From: an uncultured Mycoplasmatota bacterium
Lineage (GTDB): Bacteria; Bacillota_I; Bacilli_A; RF39; UBA660
DNA length: 64,000 nt
NCBI GenBank assembly: GCA_946402735.1
Contig: CAMIXH010000001.1
Span: forward strand, 5,983 to 69,982
Direction of reading: 5' to 3'
The translations under genes and the position numbers were made by a program. Each line of letters starts with the position of its first letter. Position 1 is the first letter of the stretch. The notes under the pieces are model-generated. The model saw only the letters and a list, made by a program, of their open reading frames with translations, was not told the DNA's origin and did not search any database. Positions 31,203 to 41,883 of the stretch are shown one piece after another.

Positions 31203-33938
31203 ATGAAAAATAAGTTATTGAAGTTATTCTTGTTTTTAATAATAGGAATTAGTTCTTTTGCAAGAATAACAAATGTATCAGCTGCCGCAACTAGTGGCGA
31301 TATAATTACTGGTAAAACAGTAGCAGGTGGACCTTTTTATGTAGTACATAATAAAGGAAATGGTCATCGTATGTGGTTAACAGAAAAGTTTATAGTTAGA
31401 TCATCAGATGGAGCTTTTGTATATTGTGTTCAACCTTATGTATCAATAAAACAAGATAATACATATAATGTTACTACAGAAGATTATGCTAGTGTACTTA
31501 ATATTTCGCAAGAGACATGGAGTACTATTAGCAAAATTGCTTATTATGGATATCAATATAAAGACTCAACGCATGATCATAGTGCTGAAAAATGGTATGC
31601 AGCAGCTCAAATGTTAATTTGGAATAAAGTAAATCCAAGTATTGATAGTTATTTTACTAATACATTAGATGGAACTAGAAATGATAATATTTTAAAAGCA
31701 GAACAAAATGAAATAATGGACTTAGTAAATAACCATAATAAAAAACCTAGTTTTAGTAATATGCCAAGTGAAATGGTAATTGGTTCATCAATAACACTTA
31801 CAGATAACAATGGAGTTTTAGAAAACTATGAAGTATCTGATGTAAAAGGAGCAACAATTACTAAGAATGGCAATAATTTAACTATTACTGCAACAGAAGT
31901 TGGTAATATGTCATTTAAATTAGTTAAATTAGGTAATAGATATGGAGAACCAGTTAGATTATATTATGCATCTGATTCTCAAAATGTTATTAGAAGAGGT
32001 AACATAGATCCTATTATGATAAATAATAGTATTAAAGTATATGGTGGTAAAGTATCAATTCAAAAAACAGATGCTGACACATATGAATTTACACCACAAG
32101 GCGAAGCTACACTTGGTGGAGCTAAATATGGAATATATAAAGAAGATGGTACAAGAGTAGGAGAAATTACAACAAATGAAGAAGGTAAAGCAACAAGTGA
32201 TTATCTTCCAAATTTAGGAACATTTTATTTATTAGAAGAAAAAGCTTCTACAGGTTATCAATTAGATAAAAATAAATATTATTTCTATATAACTGAAAAC
32301 GATTTAAATCCTAATGTTCAAGTATTTGAGAAAGTAATAGAAAGAAAATTTGATTTTACTAAAGTATATGCTACAGATAAAACTGCAATTATGACTCCAG
32401 AAGTTGGGGTTAAATTTGGGGTTTATAATAATAAGAATGAATTAGTTGGTGAATATACAACTGATGAACAAGGAAACTTTGAAGTTAAATTACCATATGG
32501 AACTTATACAGTTAAACAGTTAACTGCAACAAGTGGTCATGAAAAGATGGATGATTTTACTATTCAAGTAAAAGAAGTAGGAAATCCAATTAAGAAAACT
32601 ATTTCAAATGCAGAGATAACTGCAAAATTAAGAGTAGTGAAAATCGACTCTGAAACTAAGCAAGTTATTAAAAGAGCAGGAATCAAGTTTAAAATAATTG
32701 ATACAAAAACAAATAAAGAAGTTTGCCAAACAACATCTTATCCAAAACAAACAATTTGTACTTTTGAAACAGATGAAAATGGTGAATTTATAACAGCTTA
32801 TCCATTAAATACAGGAACATATAAATTACAAGAAGTTGATCAAGTAATTGATGGATATTTATGGAATAAAGAATCTTTAGAATTTACTATAGATGAAAAT
32901 TCAAAATTAAGAGAAGATTCAGAATATGGAATTATATTTGATATAAACTTTGAAAACACTCCAGTTAAAGGTGAAGTTAAAATTAATAAAGTAGGAGAAA
33001 TAGCAAAGTTAACAGATAATGGTTATGTCTTCACTAAAGAATCACTTGAAGGTATTGTTTTTGGATTATATCAAAATGATAAAGAAATAACTACTGGTGT
33101 TACAAATAAAGAAGGTATTTTAACATTTAGTAATTTAAAATTAGGTAGTTATTGTATTAAGGAATTAAAAACATTAGATGGATATATTTTAAATGATAAA
33201 GCTATATGCTTTGAACTTAAATATAAAGATCAATATACTCCAGTTATTACTTATGAAACATTAGTAGAAAATAAACTTCAAACATCAAAATTAGAAATAA
33301 CTAAAAAAGATGTTTCTACAGATGAAACTTTACCAAATACAACTATTGAAGTATATACTGAAAATGATGAATTAATATACTCTGGTAAAACTGATAATGA
33401 AGGTAAGATAACAATTGATAGATTACCAATTGGAAAATATTATTTTATTGAAAAAGAAGCACCAGAAGGATATTTAATTAATGAAGAAAAAATGTACTTT
33501 GAAGTTAAAGGCGAAGAAATAGTTAAATCAACAATGAAAGATGAAAAGATAACTGGTAAATTAGAATTTACAAAAACAGATTTTAGTGAATCAGTTACAT
33601 TACCAGATACAACAATTGAAATCTATAATGACAAAGATGAATTAATCTTCACTGGTAAGACAGATGAAAATGGAATGATTGTAATTGAAAAATTAGAGTA
33701 TGGTAAATACTATATTTTAGAAAAAGAAGCACCTAAGGGATATTCATTGAATACTGAAAAAATGTATTTTGAAATAAAAGAAAATGGTGAAGTAGTTAAA
33801 TGTAGTATGAAAGATGAAGAAATAATTGAAGTACCTAATACCGAAGCAAATGAATTTCCATTTTTAGAGTTAGGTTCATTAGTATTATGTATTGCTGGTT
33901 TTGGAGTGATGATATATGCAACCAAAAAGAAAAAATAA
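31203..33938 (+). CDS. Thioester-domain plus SpaA/CnaB-repeat adhesin (probable mating-pair adhesin)
   Basis: Signal peptide, VYCVQP/AAQMLIW thioester motifs, repeated G.Y.l.E.kAp.GY prealbumin-like domains, VPNTE + TM helix + KKKK. Confidence 0.8.
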   Translation: MKNKLLKLFLFLIIGISSFARITNVSAAATSGDIITGKTVAGGPFYVVHNKGNGHRMWLTEKFIVRSSDGAFVYCVQPYVSIKQDNTYNVTTEDYASVLNISQETWSTISKIAYYGYQYKDSTHDHSAEKWYAAAQMLIWNKVNPSIDSYFTNTLDGTRNDNILKAEQNEIMDLVNNHNKKPSFSNMPSEMVIGSSITLTDNNGVLENYEVSDVKGATITKNGNNLTITATEVGNMSFKLVKLGNRYGEPVRLYYASDSQNVIRRGNIDPIMINNSIKVYGGKVSIQKTDADTYEFTPQGEATLGGAKYGIYKEDGTRVGEITTNEEGKATSDYLPNLGTFYLLEEKASTGYQLDKNKYYFYITENDLNPNVQVFEKVIERKFDFTKVYATDKTAIMTPEVGVKFGVYNNKNELVGEYTTDEQGNFEVKLPYGTYTVKQLTATSGHEKMDDFTIQVKEVGNPIKKTISNAEITAKLRVVKIDSETKQVIKRAGIKFKIIDTKTNKEVCQTTSYPKQTICTFETDENGEFITAYPLNTGTYKLQEVDQVIDGYLWNKESLEFTIDENSKLREDSEYGIIFDINFENTPVKGEVKINKVGEIAKLTDNGYVFTKESLEGIVFGLYQNDKEITTGVTNKEGILTFSNLKLGSYCIKELKTLDGYILNDKAICFELKYKDQYTPVITYETLVENKLQTSKLEITKKDVSTDETLPNTTIEVYTENDELIYSGKTDNEGKITIDRLPIGKYYFIEKEAPEGYLINEEKMYFEVKGEEIVKSTMKDEKITGKLEFTKTDFSESVTLPDTTIEIYNDKDELIFTGKTDENGMIVIEKLEYGKYYILEKEAPKGYSLNTEKMYFEIKENGEVVKCSMKDEEIIEVPNTEANEFPFLELGSLVLCIAGFGVMIYATKKKK

Positions 33939-34536
33939 AAAGAGCTTAATAATATTAGGCTCTTTCCTTGTTTTAGCAGGATTAACTATATTTGGTTATA
34001 AATATTATGAATATGTTAGTGAATTAGAGAGTGAGGATATTGCAATAGAGGAATTCTACAAAGAAGAAAGTGAACTCGTCGAAGAGGAGAGTGATATCTC
34101 CCAACAAGCGAGTGATGAATCATCAAAAGTAGAATCACCAAAATATGATTATATTGCAATGTTAACTATACCAAAAATAAATTTGCAAAAAGGTTTAGTT
34201 GATAAAAATTCTAAATATAACAATATTAGATATAATGTTATGATTCATGAATTATCAAACATGCCAGATGAAGCGAAAGGTAATGTTATATTAATTGCTC
34301 ACTCTGGTTCTGCTAGTTATTCATTTTTTAGGAATTTATATAAACTTAAATTATCAGATCTAATTACAATTGATTATAAAGGAAAAACTTATAAATATAA
34401 GATTGTAGATATTTATGATATAGAAAAAACTGGTAAAGCAAGTATTAAAAGGAATCACAATAAATCTGTTGTCACATTAATAACATGCAGACATAATACA
34501 AATAAACAAATAGTTGTAATCGCAGAGTTAATTTAA
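33916..34536 (+). CDS. Sortase
   Basis: N-terminal TM helix, LTIPKINL, GNVILIAHSG, TLITC catalytic motif. Confidence 0.88.
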   Translation: MQPKRKNKKSLIILGSFLVLAGLTIFGYKYYEYVSELESEDIAIEEFYKEESELVEEESDISQQASDESSKVESPKYDYIAMLTIPKINLQKGLVDKNSKYNNIRYNVMIHELSNMPDEAKGNVILIAHSGSASYSFFRNLYKLKLSDLITIDYKGKTYKYKIVDIYDIEKTGKASIKRNHNKSVVTLITCRHNTNKQIVVIAELI

Positions 34537-34575
34537 AAGATTTTAGGTATATAATTGTTTTAAGGAGTGAAATAT

Positions 34576-35082
34576 ATGCCTAAATACGATTATACAAATG
34601 CAACTATAGATAAATCAGATAAAAAGCGAATACATTTTTATGAGGAATTATTAACAATATTAGAATTATATGAGAGTGTTAATGATGATGTAAACGAACT
34701 TATAGGATGGTTAGGAGTAATTCTAGGAAAATATACAAGATTACCAAAATCAATTAGTGATAAGCATTTAAATAATCAATTAGAAGATGATAAGAAACTA
34801 GATGAATATACATATAGAAGAAATGTTTCAGTATCTGATATTAGATTATATAGTCTTATTGCTTCAATAATTGAGTGTTCAGGATATCAATCATCTGATT
34901 CACTTTCAGAAATTACTGAAAAAATGTATCGTTTATTAGACAAAGTAGTACATCCATATCACAAAAAGGATTTAGATCTTGAGGAAGTAAGATATTATGT
35001 AGAAATACAATATATTACTAAAGAAGAACAAAAAGAATTAGAAGAGAAACATCATATTGTTTTTGATGATACGGAAATTTAA
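34576..35082 (+). CDS. Hypothetical protein
   Basis: ORF with its own TATAAT and AAGGAG upstream, terminator-like hairpin downstream. Confidence 0.55.
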   Translation: MPKYDYTNATIDKSDKKRIHFYEELLTILELYESVNDDVNELIGWLGVILGKYTRLPKSISDKHLNNQLEDDKKLDEYTYRRNVSVSDIRLYSLIASIIECSGYQSSDSLSEITEKMYRLLDKVVHPYHKKDLDLEEVRYYVEIQYITKEEQKELEEKHHIVFDDTEI

Positions 35083-35128
35083 AGAGCTGTTTGCTCTTTT
35101 TATTTTGTCTAAAGATTGGAGGGATAAA

Positions 35129-35899
35129 ATGCCTATATTAAGAAAACAAAAAGTGAGAAAATATACTACAGTAGATAATTATTTTATAGATGATATTAAT
35201 TTGCCTCCAGAGGGTAAAGGATATTTATTATATATGTTAAGAAAACCAGATAACTGGAATTTTACTTTTAAAAATATCCAAGAAGGTTTAAATGTTGGAG
35301 AAAGGAATGTTAGAACTAATATTCAAAGATTAGAAGACCTTAAATACATCAAAAGAGAGCGAATAAGGAACGATAAAGGTTATTATCAGTGGATTTACTA
35401 TATTTATGAGATTCCTTATGATATAGACCTTAAAAACGATATTTATCCATATGTACGGAATGAACATGTGGATGGTGAAGATATTCAAACCGACCAGATA
35501 AATATAAATACTATAAATAATAAAGATAAAGAAGATAAACACTATACATCTTCTTTTTTTAATCCTGAAGAACATAATAGATTAACCTTAGAATTAATAA
35601 ATACTGGGTATTTAGATAAGGAAGATTTACAACTTTATTATTATGATGACTTTTTTGAAGAATTGATTAATAAAGGTAATTCTTATCGAGATTTAATTAC
35701 AGTTTTAAATTATGTAGTTACAAGAGTTGTTAAAAGAGATTTTATTGATGGAGAAGGATACGAAATAAAAAACAAATTAGGATATTTAAAAAATTCAATT
35801 AACTCTAATTTAAACAAAATAAATAATATGCCAGATGAATTATATCCAGATGATGAATATGATTGGCTAAATGATAACGAGGAGGATTATGAGCTATGA
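35129..35899 (+). CDS. Phage/ICE replication-initiator-like winged-HTH protein
   Basis: YTTVDN...L...KG.L.YMLRKPDNW.F...L..L.YI.R N-terminus typical of Firmicute replisome organisers; IKNKLGYL C-terminus. Confidence 0.6.
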   Translation: MPILRKQKVRKYTTVDNYFIDDINLPPEGKGYLLYMLRKPDNWNFTFKNIQEGLNVGERNVRTNIQRLEDLKYIKRERIRNDKGYYQWIYYIYEIPYDIDLKNDIYPYVRNEHVDGEDIQTDQININTINNKDKEDKHYTSSFFNPEEHNRLTLELINTGYLDKEDLQLYYYDDFFEELINKGNSYRDLITVLNYVVTRVVKRDFIDGEGYEIKNKLGYLKNSINSNLNKINNMPDELYPDDEYDWLNDNEEDYEL

Positions 35900-36123
35900 A
35901 AAATAGTAAATTTGAAGATTTAAAAATTGCAGAAGTAGAAGCATTAAGTGATTTTAGTGATCAAATTGGTGAACTTATGAAAAGTATGGATGAATATAGA
36001 GTTTTTGTAGATAAGGAAGATTTAAGAAGATTTGATAAAACCTATAAAAATCTTAGTTACTTTTGGGATAAGATTCAAAATCAATTAATTTACTTATGGG
36101 ATGCTGATGAAAGAAATAAGTAA
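35896..36123 (+). CDS. Hypothetical protein
   Basis: ATGA overlap with upstream gene; GGAGG upstream. Confidence 0.6.
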   Translation: MKNSKFEDLKIAEVEALSDFSDQIGELMKSMDEYRVFVDKEDLRRFDKTYKNLSYFWDKIQNQLIYLWDADERNK

Positions 36124-36221
36124 AAAAAATTACTAAAGGAGGTGGTGCTTATAAGATAAAAAAATTCAGTTATAGGTAACCTGAATTAAAACAAAACTAA
36201 ATATTTAGAAGGAGGTAATTT

Positions 36222-36593
36222 ATGTTGAATCAATTTGTAGGTGTAGGAAGATTAGTTGCAGAACCATCTGTAAAAGAAACTGAAGATGGAAAGCAAGTAT
36301 CTAATATTACTATTGCAGTACCAAGAAGCTACAAAAATGAAAATGGTGAATATGATACTGATTTTGTAGATGTAGTTCTTTGGAACGGCATAGCTGAAAA
36401 TACAGCTGAATACTGTCATAAAGGTGACATAATTGGTGTTAAAGGAAGAATTCAAACATCTAATTATGAAACTGAAGATGGCGAAAAAAGAAAATCTACA
36501 CAAATTGTCGCTGAAAAGATAACATTTCTATCATCATCTAAAGATAAAAAAGATGACTTAGAAACTACTAAAGATGACGACATGGATATGTAG
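36222..36593 (+). CDS. ssb: Single-stranded DNA-binding protein
   Basis: MLNQ..VGRL, IAVPRSYKN..GEY.TDF, KGD.IGVKGRIQT, acidic tail. Confidence 0.92.
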   Translation: MLNQFVGVGRLVAEPSVKETEDGKQVSNITIAVPRSYKNENGEYDTDFVDVVLWNGIAENTAEYCHKGDIIGVKGRIQTSNYETEDGEKRKSTQIVAEKITFLSSSKDKKDDLETTKDDDMDM

Positions 36594-36706
36594 TTAATTA
36601 TGAATAAAAAGCAAAGAAAAAAGAGTTAAATCGCCCGACAGCAAAATAACTCTAGTGATATTATATCACTTCTTTGCTTTTTAATATTATTTTAAGGAGG
36701 ATGAAT

Positions 36707-36988
36707 ATGGTTAAAAATTATTTACAATTATTAAAAATTGAACACCTAGAAGGTGGAGGATATAATGTTGATTCAATTATTAAAGCAATACAAACTTTTT
36801 CAACTTGGGCATTAAGAGTTGGAATAGCTGCAGCAGGTGTTTCACTTATTGTTGGATTTATATTGTATGCTGTTGTTGATGTTGATCAAAAACCTAGAGT
36901 AAAACAACGAATAATTCAAACAATGTTTGGTATAGTAGGTATCATTTTAGCTATTTCAATTGTTAATCTAATTATAGATTTATTCTAG
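36707..36988 (+). CDS. VirB2/pilin-like conjugation protein
   Basis: Small two-TM protein heading the T4SS cluster. Confidence 0.55.
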   Translation: MVKNYLQLLKIEHLEGGGYNVDSIIKAIQTFSTWALRVGIAAAGVSLIVGFILYAVVDVDQKPRVKQRIIQTMFGIVGIILAISIVNLIIDLF

Positions 36989-36999
36989 GAGGTGGTTAA

Positions 37000-38412
37000 A
37001 TGTTATTAAAAGCATTGGATTTGTTAAGAACTTTAGGTTGGGGAATAATACATTTTATTTATTCTTTAATTGATAGCTTATTTGATATTTTAAAAGGATT
37101 AAATGCTTTTGATATTATTAATTCAGTATCCGGAGATAGTAATTTCGTTACATTTCAAAAAAGTGTAATTGCTATTGCTGTTACTCTTTTAGGATTATTT
37201 GCAATTACAAGATTTGCAAAAAAGATAATAGATCCAGATGAAAGTATGAGTTCAGAAGGAATTGTAAAAGAAATTATTAAATGTGGAATACTTATTATTA
37301 TGAGTACTTTTTTATTTGTACAAGCAAGTACATTTTCAATTAAGTTAGCTGGTTTTACATCTAACATTTTTTCAAGTGGAGGAACAACTTTATCAGCTTC
37401 AATGGAAACAATGTTTATAGATTATTCGGATGGGTATAAAGATTCTGATGAATTTAAAGGTGAAGATATAGCTAAAAACGTAAAAAATGGACATTTTGAT
37501 GGAAAGAAAATGTACAATGACAAATATGTAACATCATCTCGTTGGATATTACCAGATGAAAAAGATTATAAATATTCCATTAATTGGATTATGGCGATTA
37601 TAGTTGGAGGATTCTTCTTATATTCATTATTCTTCTGTGGAATGATGTTAGCAAGAAGACAAATAGAATTTTTATTCTTATTTGTAATAAGTCCAATTGT
37701 ATTTGCTACTTCAATTGGAAATAAAGAAAGAAGAAATGCTGTAGTTCAACAGTTAGTTTCATTAATGCTTCAAGGTGCTGTAATAATGTTAATAATATCA
37801 TTAACGGCAATTGTAATGGGGCAAATAAATGAAACAACATTTTTTTCAAATGCATTTAAGGATATTGTAATTAAATCTATTATGTACATTGGTTGTGGTT
37901 CATTCTTATTAACTGGATCACAAGTTGTTAATAGATTTATTGGAGGAAATGTCTCAGCAAACTCTGGAAGAGAGCAATTAATGGCAATGATGGGGTTTGG
38001 TCAAGCAATGGGAGGAATTGCAACAACTGGAGGACTTGCTGCAGCAGGAGCTGGATTAATGGGTGCTGGTGCAATTGTTAAAGGCACATCAAAAGTAGGT
38101 GGAGTTGGTAACTCTGCATTAGGAAAAGTTGGTCAAGCTGTATCAAATTTTGGATCTAAGATAGGTGGAGATGGATCATCCTATGGTGGAATTGGAAGCA
38201 ATTTAAAAATGGTAGGTGATTACATGCAGGCTTCTTCTAATCTTAGAAGAAATAATGTTGATTCTAAAGGACAAGCTCACTCTCAAAGTAGATTGTCAAG
38301 ATTTGGTTCAGGAATGATGAATGCAGGAAGCAATGCTATGGCTTCAGCAATGCAAAGTATAGCTCCAACAAGAACTATGTATCGAAGAAGATATAGAGGA
38401 AGGGATGAGTAA
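37000..38412 (+). CDS. VirB6-like conjugation membrane protein
   Basis: Multiple TM helices, RQIEFLFLFVISP motif, Gly/Ala-rich C-terminus. Confidence 0.7.
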   Translation: MLLKALDLLRTLGWGIIHFIYSLIDSLFDILKGLNAFDIINSVSGDSNFVTFQKSVIAIAVTLLGLFAITRFAKKIIDPDESMSSEGIVKEIIKCGILIIMSTFLFVQASTFSIKLAGFTSNIFSSGGTTLSASMETMFIDYSDGYKDSDEFKGEDIAKNVKNGHFDGKKMYNDKYVTSSRWILPDEKDYKYSINWIMAIIVGGFFLYSLFFCGMMLARRQIEFLFLFVISPIVFATSIGNKERRNAVVQQLVSLMLQGAVIMLIISLTAIVMGQINETTFFSNAFKDIVIKSIMYIGCGSFLLTGSQVVNRFIGGNVSANSGREQLMAMMGFGQAMGGIATTGGLAAAGAGLMGAGAIVKGTSKVGGVGNSALGKVGQAVSNFGSKIGGDGSSYGGIGSNLKMVGDYMQASSNLRRNNVDSKGQAHSQSRLSRFGSGMMNAGSNAMASAMQSIAPTRTMYRRRYRGRDE

Positions 38413-38725
38413 TATGTATATAACAGTACCAAGTATTAAAAGAACTTTAGGAAAATATATTGAAATGAAAGATTTATATATTGGTTTACCTATGTTATTT
38501 GTATTCTTGTTTTTATTTTCATTTACAAGTCATAAGTTAATATCAATAATTTATCTTACAGTTTGTATATTTTTATTACTACCAGTAAAAGTATCTAAAA
38601 AAAATAGAATGTATAAAGTAGTTATTTTATTGGTTAAATATATATTTAAATGTAAAAATTATTATTACATTAGAAATGGAGAGGATATAGATTGGAAAGA
38701 AAAACTAAAGATGAAAAAAATCTAA
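38405..38725 (+). CDS. VirB3/PrgI-like membrane protein
   Basis: Small two-TM ORF directly upstream of VirB4. Confidence 0.55.
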   Translation: MSNMYITVPSIKRTLGKYIEMKDLYIGLPMLFVFLFLFSFTSHKLISIIYLTVCIFLLLPVKVSKKNRMYKVVILLVKYIFKCKNYYYIRNGEDIDWKEKLKMKKI

Positions 38726-41154
38726 CTAAAATAAAAAAGTTAGATAATAAAAATAATAGAAAATATTCTTCTCGTGGTTGTATGAGAAAGAGAATTAAGA
38801 ATTCTAAAGTTATTTCAAATGTAAAAGAAATAGGTGAAGATGGATTAATATATTTGAAATCTGGAGAAGTTGCTACATTAATTGAAGTAAAAGCTATTGA
38901 TTTATCTTTAACAAGTAATCAAGAAAAAAATTTATTCTTTTCAATGTTAAAAGCACTTTATCAGATTCAAAATCTAAATATGAAATGTTATAAGCTAGAT
39001 GAAAAATTAAATCTAAATGCAAACAAAGTTAATTTAGATAAAAAAATAGAACATTTTGAAAATGATGAAAATAAGAAAGTACTTCTTGAAGAGTCTAGAA
39101 AATTAATAGATGATTTAGAAGAAAAGAATTTTACAGTATCTAGTAAATATTATTGGATATTAATTGCAAAAGATACAGCAGTACTTAATAAACAAATAGA
39201 TGAACTTGAGGATATAACTTTAAATATAACTCCAAGAATATATATCGAAAGTATTGTTAATAAACTTGAAATATATAAATTTTTATCAAATCTTTATCTA
39301 ACATCTAATTCACTTGATGAATTAGTATGGAGTGATTTACCTAGTTTAGTAAGTCCTATGAATTTTTCAGAGAGATCTGATAAATTAAAATTTGATGATA
39401 AGGAATTTCAAATGGTAACAATTAAAAATGTTCCACCATTTGTTTCAGAATTGTTTTTTGAAGATATATTTAATTATCCAGATGTAAGAGCAAGTATTGG
39501 AATAAAAGAATGTATTACACAAGAAGAATTAATCAGATGGGTTAATTCTCAATATCAATTTTTATTAACTGATAGAAATACAACAAAAAAATTAAGTGAT
39601 GCAACAGAATTAGATACTCAAAAGGAAAACTTTCAAGCTTTAATGAATGATATAAAAAACGGTGATGAAAAGATTAAAGAAGTATCTTTAGTTTTAGTCA
39701 TAGAAGGAGATAAAAAACATAGAGAAGAGGTATTAAGAGATTTAAAAAGAATTGCAGATTCTTATCAAATTAAATTAGATATACCTAGACTCAGACAAAT
39801 GGAAGCATGGCAATCATATGATATTTCAACAAAATCATTTGAAGACTATGCTTTTTATTTACCAACATTAACACTAAGCTGTGGTTTTCCTTTTACAAAA
39901 ACATATTTTAACGATTCAAATGGATATATGTTTGGAGTTGATATTCATACATCATTACCAATATATTTTGATCCATTTGTTTTAACAAACTCTAGAACAT
40001 CACATAATATGGCTATTATTTCTTCTACTGGTGGAGGTAAATCTTTTACTATGAAGAAAATGATAGTAAATGAATATGCTAGAGGCACAAAAATATTTAT
40101 ATTTGATTGTGAGCATGAATATGACAAAATTGTAAAAGCAAATCATGGAGAATATATTGATTTATATTCAAAGACTGGTGGAATAATAAATCCATTACAA
40201 ATTAGATATATTCCATCGGATGATGAAGAACATGATACAAAGGAAACAGATTGTCCATTAGCAAAACATTTAGGATTCTTAGAAGCTTTCTTTAAGACAG
40301 CTTTTGAAAGCATTAGTGAAAAAGAATTAGTAATGCTATTAGCGATAGTTGAAAAATTATATAACAAAAAAGGTATATTTAAAAATACTTCAATTAATAC
40401 ATTGCAGAATATGAGTCCAGAAGATTATCCAATTTTTTCTGAATTATATAATTTCTTACCTGAATATAAAAAAGAAATAAAAAGTTCTGAAAAGATTAAA
40501 ATAATTGAACAATTAGATATTTTATTATCTAGATTTTTAACTGGAACAGATTCTTATTTATTTGATGGTTATACCAATATTGATTTATCAAATGATTTAA
40601 TAGCATTTAATTTACAAGAATTATTATATAGTGGAAATCAAAGATTGATTAATACTCAAACTTTAAATCTTTTAACTTATCTAAATAATAGTATTGTTTC
40701 AAACAAGATTATGAATGATAAAGTTAAAATAGAAGATAGAAAACATGTGATGATAATTGCAGATGAATTTCATTTATTTATAGATGAAGATAATTTTGAA
40801 GTATTAAGAAACTTCGGACAATTAGCAAGAAGAATTAGAAAGTATTCTGGATCACTTGTAGTAGCTACACAATCTGTAAAAGATTTTGTTGGAAGTAATG
40901 CGATTTTAAGACATTCAACAGCTATTTTCAACAACTGCCAATATCAAATGATAGGAATGTTAAAAGAAGATGATTTATTAGCATATCTTGAATTGTTTAA
41001 ACAGAATCCATTAACTGATACACAAAAGAACTTTTTAATGGCTGCTAGAAGAGGAGAGTTTTTGCTAAATATTGATTCTAAAAATAGATTAAGAATTTGG
41101 ATAAGAGCTACTGAATTAGAGCGAGAAATGATGGGAGAAGGTGAAACAAGATGA
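38692..41154 (+). CDS. VirB4-like conjugation ATPase
   Basis: Walker A STGGGKS, DCEHEY, INPL, Walker B IADEFH, ARRIRKY, ATQ. Confidence 0.9.
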   Translation: MERKTKDEKNLTKIKKLDNKNNRKYSSRGCMRKRIKNSKVISNVKEIGEDGLIYLKSGEVATLIEVKAIDLSLTSNQEKNLFFSMLKALYQIQNLNMKCYKLDEKLNLNANKVNLDKKIEHFENDENKKVLLEESRKLIDDLEEKNFTVSSKYYWILIAKDTAVLNKQIDELEDITLNITPRIYIESIVNKLEIYKFLSNLYLTSNSLDELVWSDLPSLVSPMNFSERSDKLKFDDKEFQMVTIKNVPPFVSELFFEDIFNYPDVRASIGIKECITQEELIRWVNSQYQFLLTDRNTTKKLSDATELDTQKENFQALMNDIKNGDEKIKEVSLVLVIEGDKKHREEVLRDLKRIADSYQIKLDIPRLRQMEAWQSYDISTKSFEDYAFYLPTLTLSCGFPFTKTYFNDSNGYMFGVDIHTSLPIYFDPFVLTNSRTSHNMAIISSTGGGKSFTMKKMIVNEYARGTKIFIFDCEHEYDKIVKANHGEYIDLYSKTGGIINPLQIRYIPSDDEEHDTKETDCPLAKHLGFLEAFFKTAFESISEKELVMLLAIVEKLYNKKGIFKNTSINTLQNMSPEDYPIFSELYNFLPEYKKEIKSSEKIKIIEQLDILLSRFLTGTDSYLFDGYTNIDLSNDLIAFNLQELLYSGNQRLINTQTLNLLTYLNNSIVSNKIMNDKVKIEDRKHVMIIADEFHLFIDEDNFEVLRNFGQLARRIRKYSGSLVVATQSVKDFVGSNAILRHSTAIFNNCQYQMIGMLKEDDLLAYLELFKQNPLTDTQKNFLMAARRGEFLLNIDSKNRLRIWIRATELEREMMGEGETR

Positions 41155-41876
41155 GTACAAGAAGCAAAATAGGAATTTTAAGAAAAGATGGTACAGTAGA
41201 TCATGTCTATTCACATTGGGATGGATATCCTGAACATAATGGAGTTATATTACTTAGTGAGTATAGTAATATAAATAAAATGAATCATTTAATTAAAAAT
41301 GGTGATATGTCTATTCTTAGTGAAAAAATATATCCTGAACCAGATAAACCTCATAATTTTGATGTAAGAGAAGACAGACAAGAAAATGTCTGTCTTTTCT
41401 ATAATCGTGATAGAGGAGAAGATTGGAAACATACAAATCCAAGAACTTCAAAAGACTTAGAAAGATTTAAGCAAGAGTGCAAAATGTCAGATTGTGAATT
41501 TGCATATCTTTATAGTGAAAAAGGAAATGAATGGCTTTTTTCACCAATTCCATATGGAAGAGAATCAGATATGGATTTTATTTATTTAAAAGATGAATTC
41601 ATTCAAGATAATATAGAATATGATGATTCTTTTAAAGAAGACTATTTAATATATGATGGAATCGAATTAATGAAAGATCTGGATTATTATGAATATGTAG
41701 ATAATTATAGAGATGATTCTGAAGCATATTTTAATATTAAAGATATGTTAGAAAATCATTTAGATGATTATATTAAAAGTATTGAAGATTATAAAAATGA
41801 TGTTTTTGAAGACTCCATTAATAATTATTTAAAAGAAGTAAAAGATTATTATTCTTTAGATGACTTAGAAGTATGA
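41151..41876 (+). CDS. Conserved hypothetical phage/ICE protein
   Basis: MSTRS.IG....DG.V..VY.HWDGYP..NG N-terminus recalled from mobile-element proteins. Confidence 0.55.
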   Translation: MSTRSKIGILRKDGTVDHVYSHWDGYPEHNGVILLSEYSNINKMNHLIKNGDMSILSEKIYPEPDKPHNFDVREDRQENVCLFYNRDRGEDWKHTNPRTSKDLERFKQECKMSDCEFAYLYSEKGNEWLFSPIPYGRESDMDFIYLKDEFIQDNIEYDDSFKEDYLIYDGIELMKDLDYYEYVDNYRDDSEAYFNIKDMLENHLDDYIKSIEDYKNDVFEDSINNYLKEVKDYYSLDDLEV

Positions 41877-41883
41877 GGCAATT

